Source of the DNA: a virus
Lineage: Duplodnaviria > Caudoviricetes
IMG/VR virus record: IMGVR_UViG_3300005805_003838
Span: 1-45,021 of that record
Length of the DNA stretch: 45,021 nt
Strand: one strand, 5' to 3'
In this document: piece after piece, positions 18,136 to 27,119 of the stretch
Layout of the letters: each line of letters starts with the position of its first letter
Position numbering within the stretch: position 1 is the stretch's first letter
The notes under the pieces: generated by a model
Seen by the model: only the letters and a program-made list of their open reading frames with translations
Databases searched by the model: none
Told to the model about the DNA's origin: nothing
Made by a program: the position numbers and the translations under genes

Positions 18136-18468
18136 TCAATGAACGCCAGTCCATCTAGCCTTATATCGCCCTTCCAGGACATTCCCGCGAGCGAAATTAG
18201 TCGCTGGAGCTTTCCAGCTGGAAGCCATCAAAATGTCACCAGCTTTAAACTTACCATGATCTTCTTTGACGATGAATGAGTGTACGGAACGATTTCCGCC
18301 AGCATAAGAAGTCACTACCTTGATATATTTCCGCCCTTCGTCGAAGGAAACCTCAAAGGAATCCACCATGTTCTTGACCCAAGAATCTTTGGTGATATCT
18401 TTGCCTTGAGCGTAGTCAGCCCGGATTTCGTCGGCGTATTCCAGGACGTCGAGGTAAAGCTGATTCAT
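18136..18468 (-). CDS. Hypothetical early phage protein
   Basis: GRKYIKV...VHSFI...GDIL.A.SWKAPA...RGNV, a motif familiar from large phages. Confidence 0.75.
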   Translation of the reverse strand: MNQLYLDVLEYADEIRADYAQGKDITKDSWVKNMVDSFEVSFDEGRKYIKVVTSYAGGNRSVHSFIVKEDHGKFKAGDILMASSWKAPATNFARGNVLEGRYKARWTGVH

Positions 18469-18469
18469 T

Positions 18470-18691
18470 TTATTTCCCCTGAGGATGAGCGAGATGATGG
18501 ATCATCGAGGCGTAGAATTGGGCGGTGGATTCGGACTCCAGCCCTTCGGTGATAAGCTGATCGAAGGAAATGCCAATGAGGCGGCTATAAGCTTCTAGGA
18601 AGCAAATGAGGTCATACCCTGGAACGGTGGGATAGCGGGTAACGAATTGGGTTACTTTGGACATTTGGGCTCTTGGGTTAGAGGTTATCAT
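18470..18691 (-). CDS. Hypothetical early protein
   Basis: Downstream part of the 18470..18802 ORF, starting just after the promoter at 18698-18726. Confidence 0.55.
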   Translation of the reverse strand: MITSNPRAQMSKVTQFVTRYPTVPGYDLICFLEAYSRLIGISFDQLITEGLESESTAQFYASMIHHLAHPQGK

Positions 18692-19008
18692 ATATTGATT
18701 GTAGCGGGTGATTCGGTGATTGTCAAGGGCTTTATCCGCGTCCCTTAGCAACGCCCGAGTTACGCAACGTGCATGCTTTAGCTCCACGGCCCCAAGCCCC
18801 AAACGAAGAACGAAAAGTCTTAGGCTTGACTTTACGAGTCGGACAAACTGTTATAGTCAAGCCCGAGTTAATGAACGCTTGAACGTAAGCATTAAGCTCG
18901 ATACGCTTTTCGGCTTTAGCTTGAGCATTAACAACGCTGGTATACATAAAAGCTCCTCTTTTCATCCTATATTGATTGTAACGGGTAATTTGGTGATTGT
19001 CAAGGGCT
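18691..19008 (-). repeat. 41-bp direct repeat (18691-18731 and 18968-19008), each copy an early promoter
   Basis: tatattgattgtaRcgggtRattYggtgattgtcaagggct with 3 mismatches; each copy reads TTGACA-17-TACAAT on the minus strand. Confidence 0.9.
18732..18947 (-). CDS. Small basic early protein
   Basis: MYTSVVNAQAKAEKRIELNAYVQAFINSGLTITVCP...; GAGGAG SD; lies between the two promoter repeats. Confidence 0.7.
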   Translation of the reverse strand: MYTSVVNAQAKAEKRIELNAYVQAFINSGLTITVCPTRKVKPKTFRSSFGAWGRGAKACTLRNSGVAKGRG

Positions 19009-19087
19009 GCAAACGAAAATAACCCCCTGTAAAAACAGAGGGTTATCACTAAATCGTTGAAATTTAACGCGAAACTTTTTTTGTAAT

Positions 19088-19327
19088 TTATTCGTTACGA
19101 ACGAAAGCTGAATCGCTAAGTTCGTAAACGGTTAGGTAAAGTTCGTAGTGATATTCGTAAAAATCTTCGTCGGTTAACCAAGCCCTAAGTAACTCAAGCT
19201 GAAGCATGAGTATTAGCTTAGTAATGGTGGACCGAAATGGTAAGTATTTGGTAGTAATAGCCAGTATAGAAGCGCCGCTTACTTTGTCGAATAAGTATAA
19301 ACGGGTTTCGGTGGAAAGCTTAAACAT
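19088..19327 (-). CDS. Hypothetical early protein
   Basis: 79 aa ORF downstream of the promoter at 19357-19385. Confidence 0.55.
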   Translation of the reverse strand: MFKLSTETRLYLFDKVSGASILAITTKYLPFRSTITKLILMLQLELLRAWLTDEDFYEYHYELYLTVYELSDSAFVRNE

Positions 19328-19356
19328 TTACTACCCCTTTTTGACCATTACTCCCT

Positions 19357-19385
19357 ATAATACGCCATAACCTACTAATTGTCAA
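19357..19385 (-). promoter_or_regulatory. Sigma70-type early promoter
   Basis: TTGACA-17 bp-TATTAT. Confidence 0.7.
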
Positions 19386-19398
19386 GGGCTATAATTGA

Positions 19399-20091
19399 TT
19401 ACGATCGTAACGTACCCTTTAACGCAATGAATCCAGTAAAGGCATGATTCTGCCAGAACGAATCGACGGCTACGAATCCAGCTTCCTCGCACATATCTAT
19501 GATTTCTGTTCTTGTGCTAGGCTTGGTCATGTGGCGTAATTGTTTTTCCTTATCCATGATGTCGTCAGTCGTAAATGACCCGCGCTTGAAATCGTAATAG
19601 GTGAATGTGCGCATTTCGTGTATACGAACATTCTCGGGCATTGTTTTTTCAGCGAAGACGAATGCGCCCCCAGGAGTCAAACCTCTATACACATTCTTGA
19701 TGACTTCTTGACGATCAGCATGAGACATGAACTGCAACGTGAAAATGCTCGTGACATACGAACAGTTGTAGAAACAATAGTTTAGGACGCTGCCCTTTTG
19801 ATATGTTAGTTGAGAAAAGTTGCTCTCGTCGTTTTCATATTCTCCCCAGAAATCTTCTTCGATCTCAATGCCTACGTAGTCGGCGTGAGGGGCAAACGTG
19901 TTCTGTGCAATCATACTCTTGAGCATCTTACCCGTGGAGCAACCAATGTCAGCAACAGTCGTATTATTTTCAACAAAATATTGACTGTAATCAACAACAT
20001 CTTGCCACAAATCACTGTATCCACGGATAGATGTATCAATGTGATTGTCGAATCCTTCTTCGCGTGTAGCGAACGTGAACTTACCTGTCAT
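19399..20091 (-). CDS. cmoA: CmoA-like carboxy-S-adenosylmethionine synthase
   Basis: FDNHIDTSIRGY, DIGCSTG, IFTLQF, GLTPGGAFVFAEK, YDFKR and AGF..FWQ..F..FIALK align with CmoA motifs (FPDMIQRSVPGY, DLGCSLG, NFTLQF, GLNPGGALVLSEK, HDFKR). Confidence 0.8.
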   Translation of the reverse strand: MTGKFTFATREEGFDNHIDTSIRGYSDLWQDVVDYSQYFVENNTTVADIGCSTGKMLKSMIAQNTFAPHADYVGIEIEEDFWGEYENDESNFSQLTYQKGSVLNYCFYNCSYVTSIFTLQFMSHADRQEVIKNVYRGLTPGGAFVFAEKTMPENVRIHEMRTFTYYDFKRGSFTTDDIMDKEKQLRHMTKPSTRTEIIDMCEEAGFVAVDSFWQNHAFTGFIALKGTLRS

Positions 20092-21229
20092 TCTGTAATT
20101 CCTTATATGGCTTCAATATGTTTTCGTAGATCGAAGTAGCAAGAGCGCACATCATCTTTGGCGCAACCATACGACCAATACGTTCAGCCTGCTGATCAAA
20201 CGTTCCAGTCAATTCATAATCATCAGGAAGACTCATTATACGCTTCATTTCTTTAATTGTCAATTTCCTATTTGCAGCATAGTGCATTACACCAGATGCA
20301 GAACGTTGCTGACCCATCTGCGTAAGAGTAGGGCATGGCTTATTGGGTGCAGGACGCTTCATGTTGAAGCAAGACAACTTTCCGTTGACTAGTCCTGGCT
20401 TCAGCGTCTTCGTAGGATTAAACGCCATAGTCTCTACGAATTTCTTTTGGAAACTGTTTTCGCACGAGTCTAGCAACATCTGAACTTCTTCAGGATCGTT
20501 ATCGATCCCTTCGATCGCGCTCGCGATACTTACTCCCTGAGATGTGCTCATCATAGGATAGATCTTTCCAGCAAGTTGATACTCCTCGAATCCCAAAGCA
20601 TCGAACACATCATTCCTCACCCCCACGAAAAATGTTCTCATGCGACTCTGAGGAACTCCGAACTTAGAAGCGTTCAGGACTTGGTATACCATCTTATATC
20701 CTGGAGTAACACGTTCAAAACCTGTTACGAAATCACGGAGCTTCTCGATAGCTGAGCGAGATGTAATCCCTTCTACGTTTTCTGCGATGATGATCTTTGG
20801 TTGAATGTCTTCAGCAATACGAATATACTCAAGGAATAGGTCCTCGATATTCTTTACTGTCTTGCCGTCAGAATATTTCTTTTCTCGATTCCATCCCTTC
20901 TTACCTTTACCAGAAGAAGAAAAAGCAGAACACGGAGGAGATCCATCAAGGATATCAAGATCTCTCCGAACAAGATTACCAGCAATCAACAAATCTTTAC
21001 CAGTGATAGCCTTGATATCTCCCAGGATTACTTTCGTATCTGGGAAGTTGCGTGAATATGTTGCGACTGCTTCCTCAACGAACTCGTTGATCGCAACAAC
21101 TTTTCCTCCAGCCAACCTATATCCAGTTGAAGAACCGCCACCACCAGCAAATGTCGATACAACCGTGAACAACTCACGAGCAGAAGAACGCTTAACATCT
21201 TCAACAGTATATGGTTGATAACTATTCAT
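20081..21229 (-). CDS. C5 DNA cytosine methyltransferase-family enzyme, predicted carboxymethyltransferase
   Basis: Motif I FAGGGG, IV GSPPC, VI ENV, VIII PQSRMR and IX RKLT..E..RIMSLPD; motif X reads GRMV instead of GNxV. Confidence 0.9.
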   Translation of the reverse strand: MNSYQPYTVEDVKRSSARELFTVVSTFAGGGGSSTGYRLAGGKVVAINEFVEEAVATYSRNFPDTKVILGDIKAITGKDLLIAGNLVRRDLDILDGSPPCSAFSSSGKGKKGWNREKKYSDGKTVKNIEDLFLEYIRIAEDIQPKIIIAENVEGITSRSAIEKLRDFVTGFERVTPGYKMVYQVLNASKFGVPQSRMRTFFVGVRNDVFDALGFEEYQLAGKIYPMMSTSQGVSIASAIEGIDNDPEEVQMLLDSCENSFQKKFVETMAFNPTKTLKPGLVNGKLSCFNMKRPAPNKPCPTLTQMGQQRSASGVMHYAANRKLTIKEMKRIMSLPDDYELTGTFDQQAERIGRMVAPKMMCALATSIYENILKPYKELQNDR

Positions 21230-21756
21230 GCAACATTTTGCTTTCTTTTAAAGTTCGTCAAAAATTTCTGAGCTTTTTCCAGATGATATCTACTAGCGCG
21301 TTGCTGGAATGTAATACCATTTAGATGATCGTATTCATGCTGAAACACTCGCGCGGTGAATCCTTCGTATCTCGTGGAACCAGTATCACCATCCCATCCA
21401 GTGTATCTAACTTTAATTCCTCGCGCCCTCTTGATCTTAATGAACATACCAGGAAATGATACACATCCTTCTTCATATACGACCTTTTCTTCATCATAGT
21501 CGACGATGATAGGATTGAATACGCCTATGATAGATTTACGATCGCTGAAGTTACCAATGACAAAAGCTCTTGTCATAATGCCCAGCTGAGAAGCAGACAA
21601 CCCAACTGCTTTTGATTCGATCATCTTTTCACGAAGAAGTTCGTAAAGTTCTTTGGCTGCGTAGTGTTGTCCATCAGGAGTAGTGTATCCTTCGGAAAAG
21701 TTAAACTCTGGACATATCTGCTCAAGGCGTGGATCATTGCTGTCAATCAATTGCAT
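21226..21756 (-). CDS. def: Peptide deformylase
   Basis: GLSASQ, EGCVS and QHEYDHLNG motifs. Confidence 0.93.
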   Translation of the reverse strand: MQLIDSNDPRLEQICPEFNFSEGYTTPDGQHYAAKELYELLREKMIESKAVGLSASQLGIMTRAFVIGNFSDRKSIIGVFNPIIVDYDEEKVVYEEGCVSFPGMFIKIKRARGIKVRYTGWDGDTGSTRYEGFTARVFQHEYDHLNGITFQQRASRYHLEKAQKFLTNFKRKQNVA

Positions 21757-23459
21757 TACACTATCCTACTAAAGTTTTTATGTTTTGTAAAGCGAATAAT
21801 ATTCGCGAACTTGTCATGCAATACGTCGCCCTTATGAGATATCACAAAGATATTGGTTTCTTCCAAATTGTGAATCAGCTTTAAGAACTCATCACAACCA
21901 TTTGCATCAAGAGAAGCGTCGAATACTTCATCTAAGATCAGAAGATTCGTATTGGCACTATTTTTCATACGAGCGATCGAACGCCAAGTGAATAGAAGAG
22001 CCAGATCGATACGCATCTTCTCGCCTTCGCTGAAAGAGTCGTAAGTAAAGTCATCGCGATGGCGCGAAAGAATCTTTTCTTCGAACTGCTCGTTCAGCTC
22101 GAACTTCACAAAGAAGTCCATAGCGGCAAGGTATTTATTCACTAGAGTATTGATGACTGGGACATACTGCTTAATGATACGCGACTTAATACCACTATCG
22201 CGAAGTATGACGCCAGCAAGATCATACATTTCTTTTTCACAGAGAATTCTATTTTTCTCTGTTAGGAAAACTTCATAGTCTTCCTTGAGTTTAGTTATGT
22301 TAGATTCTGTGAACGACGTTTGATTTTTTTGAAGATCACTAATTTCCTTAGTCCAAAGAGCAACTTCTTTCTGACTAGTTTTAATAAACGCATGACAATC
22401 ACGTAGGCTCGTTTGCTTTTCATTAATTGTTCGCTGAATCTTCGCTATCTCATTAAGACGAGTTTCAGCAGTCGTTAGATTACTCTGTAGATCTACGAGA
22501 GCCGTATCAAGATCGGTGATAGTTTTGTTTTTTTCTTCAATTTTTTCGCATTTGATATACGAATCAATTTCTTGCGTGCAGGTTGGGCATTCATTATTGT
22601 CTTCGTAGAACTTGATCGACTTACGAGCAGAGAGCTTCTTATTCTCAAGCGATTTCTCCAACGTGAGGATTTTTTGAATCCTATTACTGATACTGTCTCG
22701 ATCATCTACTTCGTCGAGAAGATCAGATACTTCAGTTTCGATAGCAGCAGCTTTCGTCTCGTGCTGCACGACGAGTTTACGAGATTCTTCAATACGCCTA
22801 TTATACTCATCAATCTTTTCACTCTTAACTTGGGCAAGATCTTCGCGCAAATTCTCTTGAAGTTTTATGTTGTTAATTGTGTTCGATATATCATTATCAT
22901 TTATTTTATATTGTTCACGATTAGCTGTTACTCTATCCTTTAACAATACAGCCATAGAAGAAAATACTTTGATATCCAAAAGATCTTCGATAACTTCTCG
23001 ACGGACTGCAGTCGTTAGCTGCATGAAAGGCACAAACGAAGAAGAACCTAATATCACAATCTGAGTGAATGACTTCATACTCAGCTTCAGTATATTCTTC
23101 TCGAGCATTTCTTGATAATCGCGGACGGCTGCATCCTGATCGATCAGCGCACCGTTTTCATAGATCTCGAATATATTAGGCTTGATTCCTCGCTTGATGA
23201 GATATGATGATTCGTGTGTGTTGAACTCAATCTCAACAACAACATCACGCCCATTAACAGAGTTGATGAGTTGATCTTTCTTAACTCTACGAAACGGTTT
23301 ACCATACAAACCAAAGCATAGCGCATCAAGCATAGTAGATTTGCCTGCGCCATTCTCACCAACAATTAGAGTAGACTCGTTCTTGTTGATTTGAATCTCA
23401 GTGAATGCGTTACCTGTCGAAAGAAAGTTTTTCCAGCGCACCTTAGTAAAGTTAATCAT
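21756..23459 (-). CDS. 46: Recombination endonuclease subunit gp46 (Rad50/SbcC-like)
   Basis: GENGAGKS, coiled coil with CPTC zinc hook, SFSEGE, LILDE and ISH. Confidence 0.97.
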   Translation of the reverse strand: MINFTKVRWKNFLSTGNAFTEIQINKNESTLIVGENGAGKSTMLDALCFGLYGKPFRRVKKDQLINSVNGRDVVVEIEFNTHESSYLIKRGIKPNIFEIYENGALIDQDAAVRDYQEMLEKNILKLSMKSFTQIVILGSSSFVPFMQLTTAVRREVIEDLLDIKVFSSMAVLLKDRVTANREQYKINDNDISNTINNIKLQENLREDLAQVKSEKIDEYNRRIEESRKLVVQHETKAAAIETEVSDLLDEVDDRDSISNRIQKILTLEKSLENKKLSARKSIKFYEDNNECPTCTQEIDSYIKCEKIEEKNKTITDLDTALVDLQSNLTTAETRLNEIAKIQRTINEKQTSLRDCHAFIKTSQKEVALWTKEISDLQKNQTSFTESNITKLKEDYEVFLTEKNRILCEKEMYDLAGVILRDSGIKSRIIKQYVPVINTLVNKYLAAMDFFVKFELNEQFEEKILSRHRDDFTYDSFSEGEKMRIDLALLFTWRSIARMKNSANTNLLILDEVFDASLDANGCDEFLKLIHNLEETNIFVISHKGDVLHDKFANIIRFTKHKNFSRIV

Positions 23460-23647
23460 ACTTTCCCAACAATATCAATAGAAGTATCTAGATCATCCCA
23501 CCTAAAACGACCAACACTATTTCGGATTGCACGTTCATTGGTTGTTAAATTCATGAATACAGTAACGCCACCGCGTCGTTCAATATATCGATATTGAGTA
23601 TTATCACGATCTACATAGATTTCGCCTACAATGAATTCCATAATCAC
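23456..23647 (-). CDS. Small hypothetical protein between genes 47 and 46
   Basis: 63 aa ORF overlapping both neighbours by 4 nt. Confidence 0.6.
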   Translation of the reverse strand: MIMEFIVGEIYVDRDNTQYRYIERRGGVTVFMNLTTNERAIRNSVGRFRWDDLDTSIDIVGKV

Positions 23648-24702
23648 GTTTCCATATGAAGAGCTTCAGTATATAACGAACGCATCAATTTGTCAAGATC
23701 ATTATTATCAACATTAGACTCAATCGTGCTGATGTAGCGCGATAAGATCGTTAGTGTATCTTCTGTTTCATCCAAAAGTTCAGCCTCGTCAATTATATCC
23801 ATGTTACGATGATCCTCGACAATGATCACTTCAATAGGCAAAGCTTCGTAAAGTTTGCTTGTGAACAAATCGAAATTAAAAGGATTATCCTTGTTCGACA
23901 CAATGAGCTTCACATAAGATCCTGTGTATTTATCCCAGTCTCTATCAAGAAGTTCTTCTGTCGTCGTATCTTTATCATTATACCACATCTTACGAAACAT
24001 ACGATATGGATTTTCTATGAACGAAAGCTCACGAGTTTCCGTATCCAAGATATGGAATCCTTTAGGGTCATCGTAGTCGCTCCAAGTAAACTCAGCATGG
24101 CTACCAAGATAATGAATGTTGCCACTAGTAGAGCGGTGATGATAGTGACCAGAGCAAACCAAATCGAACCGATTAAATAAACTGCGATCGTCTCCATGAC
24201 TGATCGGACTACCGCGATACATTTCGAAGCCTGCAAGTTCAAGGTGACCCATACAGATTTGAGCATTGGTATTCCTTATTGATTCTAAAGCATGTTCACG
24301 ATTGTCGTCACATATCCACGGCATGAATAGAATAGGTGTATGATCAAAGGTTACTGTTGTTGCTTCTTCATGAATGATGAAATCGTTTTCATAAAACTCA
24401 CGAATAGAATTCACAGAGTTAGTGTTCTTGTAGTACGTATCATGATTACCGATGATCAGATGGGCGCAGATACCTCTTTCATGAAGAGGTTTAATAAAAT
24501 CACTTCTAAGACGTTTAGCTGTATTGATATTAAGATACTTACGACGATCAACCAAATCGCCAAGATGAACAACAGTATTAATGCTATTAGTATCAAGATA
24601 TCTAAAGAAAACTTCATCTAGAAACTTCTTGTTGTTATCAAGAAAAGCAACTTGATCATTGCGAACGCCCCAATGTGTATCTGTAATCAATGCAATTTTC
24701 AT
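23644..24702 (-). CDS. 47: Recombination endonuclease subunit gp47 (Mre11/SbcD-like)
   Basis: TDTHWG, LGDLVD, GNHD, GHLE and SGHYH metallophosphoesterase motifs. Confidence 0.97.
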   Translation of the reverse strand: MKIALITDTHWGVRNDQVAFLDNNKKFLDEVFFRYLDTNSINTVVHLGDLVDRRKYLNINTAKRLRSDFIKPLHERGICAHLIIGNHDTYYKNTNSVNSIREFYENDFIIHEEATTVTFDHTPILFMPWICDDNREHALESIRNTNAQICMGHLELAGFEMYRGSPISHGDDRSLFNRFDLVCSGHYHHRSTSGNIHYLGSHAEFTWSDYDDPKGFHILDTETRELSFIENPYRMFRKMWYNDKDTTTEELLDRDWDKYTGSYVKLIVSNKDNPFNFDLFTSKLYEALPIEVIIVEDHRNMDIIDEAELLDETEDTLTILSRYISTIESNVDNNDLDKLMRSLYTEALHMET

Positions 24703-25301
24703 TTATTATCAATCTCGTCAGTAATGATAGCTTCGACAGCAGCTACAATGATCTCACCCGGTTCTACCTTTTCTTTCTTACCGCGCTTGATGTTCTTGCT
24801 GGTCTCAAAGTCTAGCATGAACTTCTCCATCTGCTCCTTAGACCATTCGCCATACTTGATGTCTGTATTGTGTCTAGTATCACCAGCTTGATTATCTGAA
24901 GTTTCGCCCATAATGTTAGCATATTCAATAGCGGCATACTTGGTATATAGGTGTTTCTTTTCTTTTTGAATTCGACGGATGAATGCAAAGTAGATAATCT
25001 GAGTAAAGTATGCGAATGGATTTGTAGATTTAGCAGGATCAAAATTATTAATATACAACAAGACGTTTTCGATACCATCTGAGATCATCTCGTCGCGAAA
25101 AGTATAGTTAGCAAAATTCGGACGATATGCTAGATGGGTAGCAATCTTCATGATACACTCACCAATATAATTGGGGATGCGCGGAGACTGCTTGTTTTCA
25201 TCCGCAGCTTGCTTAACAAGATTTTTATATTCTACCATCGCAGCATATAAATCTTTATTGTTAACGTAATGAACTTTCTTTTTAGGCTTGATAATAGTCA
25301 T
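24699..25301 (-). CDS. 55: Late sigma factor gp55
   Basis: HYVNNK, YIGECIMKIA, NFANYTFRDEMISDG and NPFAYFTQI..AFIRRI motifs. Confidence 0.96.
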   Translation of the reverse strand: MTIIKPKKKVHYVNNKDLYAAMVEYKNLVKQAADENKQSPRIPNYIGECIMKIATHLAYRPNFANYTFRDEMISDGIENVLLYINNFDPAKSTNPFAYFTQIIYFAFIRRIQKEKKHLYTKYAAIEYANIMGETSDNQAGDTRHNTDIKYGEWSKEQMEKFMLDFETSKNIKRGKKEKVEPGEIIVAAVEAIITDEIDNK

Positions 25302-25675
25302 TAGTGTATGGACCCCGAAGATGTGTTCGCAATATTGGCGGCTGTTACGATTTCTGCAACAATTCGATCTCGCCAGTCTTTATTACGTTCTCTGGCTATA
25401 GAATTAGCGTATTTGATTGAAACTTCTTCATCTACTAAAATATAAGCCATTACGTGTCTTTTGTCAAGACGAATCTTCTCGCTCATCAAGGATGAAAATG
25501 GCAACCATCTAATTATGGAAGTTGTTATAGTCATATCCGGACCTGGCATAAGCTCTATCCTATATGGCTGCGTAACATACAAACATTCCTGACTATCATC
25601 ATGAACAATACAGAGTAAGTCTTCTCCGTTATTCATCTTCAGAAAATAAACTTCGCCGTCCTGTATCATCATCAC
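25301..25675 (-). CDS. Hypothetical protein (Sm-like, typical between uvsW and 55)
   Basis: LKMNNGEDLL...WLPFS motif; synteny. Confidence 0.7.
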   Translation of the reverse strand: MMMIQDGEVYFLKMNNGEDLLCIVHDDSQECLYVTQPYRIELMPGPDMTITTSIIRWLPFSSLMSEKIRLDKRHVMAYILVDEEVSIKYANSIARERNKDWRDRIVAEIVTAANIANTSSGSIH

Positions 25676-27119
25676 TCCTTAACTTAATAGCGTGCAAATC
25701 GTAAGGAAATCCCTCACTGCTATACATTTTCACACGTTCTATAAGATGATTTAATGTGTAGTTCTTTTTATTCTTGTTAGATAAGTTGTCAGCAATATCA
25801 AATAGCGTCATGCTATCTTTCGTATCTGAGATTCGAAGTCCTCGTCCGATAGACTGCATCGTGCGCACGCGACTTTTAGTTGGGCTTGCGAATATAATGT
25901 TATGTAGGTTTTTGATATTGATTCCCGTAGAAAACGTGCCATAAGATGCTACGATGATAGCATCAGTTTCTTTTTCAACAATAGCACGGATAGCTTCACG
26001 TTCTTCGCCATCTACTCCACCATGAACGAAAAATACTTTACGATCATCAGCTTTATCATTAATCAGATTATATAATATCTCTCCGTGCTTTTCTACATAG
26101 GCGTATAGAATCAGAGTGTTGCCTTTAAGAGAAAGAGCTAGATTGCGAATGAACTTATTGCGCGGAGGAAACGATATGATGTGCTGGATTTCATCCTGAT
26201 ACGTGCCTCCTGTGAGTTTCTTGCATTCTTCTAGAGGATGGGTGAGAGTTAATACCTTCACCTTGATAGCTGCAAGTTTTCCGCTGTCGATAAGATCTTT
26301 GGTGTCGATGATCTTATGCGAAGGACCAAACAATCCAGTAAGAACTAATTCATTGACTAAGCTACCATCCAAAGTTCCTGTTAGACCAAATCGATATTTT
26401 GTATTGACTAGATTAGTCATAATCTTAACAAGAGATTGCGATTTAAATAGATGAGCTTCGTCACCAACAATCACGTCGAACGAATCGAAATAAGATTTAG
26501 GTAAGTCATAAACTGATTGCCACGTCGAGATGACGATAGGCTTATCTGTTTGCTTGCTCTCTCCTCCAAAGATAACATGCACATTATTATCTACATCGAA
26601 TCCGTAATCAGAAAAGTCTGAGCGAAGCTGATGCACAAGAGAAATGGTAGGAACGAGGATAAGGATACTGCCTGCATAATACTGCGAGATCAAATATATG
26701 ATTAATGATTTGCCACTAGCAGTAGGAGAAACAAGAACGCCCCTATTGTTGCGAACAGCGAGAGCAAACGCTCTGATCTGATGTTCGTGAGCTTCGAATG
26801 GGAGATTAAGCGATCTTGCGAATTCTTCAGCCTCTGCAAGAGAATATTCCTCTGTTATATTAAAGTTACACTCGATGGTGTAATCGCGTTCTTCAGCGAA
26901 CCGAATTATCTCTTGAGCAAGCCCAATATACGTCTGCATGTTGCGAGAATTGAGCAAGCGGATTTTTCCATCCCAAACTCTAGCTTTGAACTTAGGAGAA
27001 AACTTAGCGCCAGGAACTTCGAATGTTAAATGATCTGATAGCTCTCGCGCGAGACCAGGATCTGCGTCTACTTGCATCCATGCTTCATTTATCTTGCGCA
27101 GGAGTATATCAGAAGCCAT
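25629..27119 (-). CDS. uvsW: UvsW SF2 helicase
   Basis: SPTASGKS, GDEAH, GLTGT, STGINI and QSIGRGLR motifs. Confidence 0.96.
   Translation of the reverse strand: MASDILLRKINEAWMQVDADPGLARELSDHLTFEVPGAKFSPKFKARVWDGKIRLLNSRNMQTYIGLAQEIIRFAEERDYTIECNFNITEEYSLAEAEEFARSLNLPFEAHEHQIRAFALAVRNNRGVLVSPTASGKSLIIYLISQYYAGSILILVPTISLVHQLRSDFSDYGFDVDNNVHVIFGGESKQTDKPIVISTWQSVYDLPKSYFDSFDVIVGDEAHLFKSQSLVKIMTNLVNTKYRFGLTGTLDGSLVNELVLTGLFGPSHKIIDTKDLIDSGKLAAIKVKVLTLTHPLEECKKLTGGTYQDEIQHIISFPPRNKFIRNLALSLKGNTLILYAYVEKHGEILYNLINDKADDRKVFFVHGGVDGEEREAIRAIVEKETDAIIVASYGTFSTGINIKNLHNIIFASPTKSRVRTMQSIGRGLRISDTKDSMTLFDIADNLSNKNKKNYTLNHLIERVKMYSSEGFPYDLHAIKLRSDDDTGRRSLFSEDE

Noticed and set aside
18692-19049. N-terminal extensions of ORFs 18470..18802 and 18732..19049 sharing the peptide LDNH.ITRYNQY
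   Set aside because: The shared peptide is the translated duplicated promoter; the true starts are downstream (18691 and 18947).
19399-20091. tRNA cmo5U modification role for the CmoA homolog
   Set aside because: No cmoB or tRNA genes in the window, and the gene overlaps a DNA C5-MTase carrying the Cx-SAM-compatible Arg. Not excluded genome-wide, but less parsimonious.
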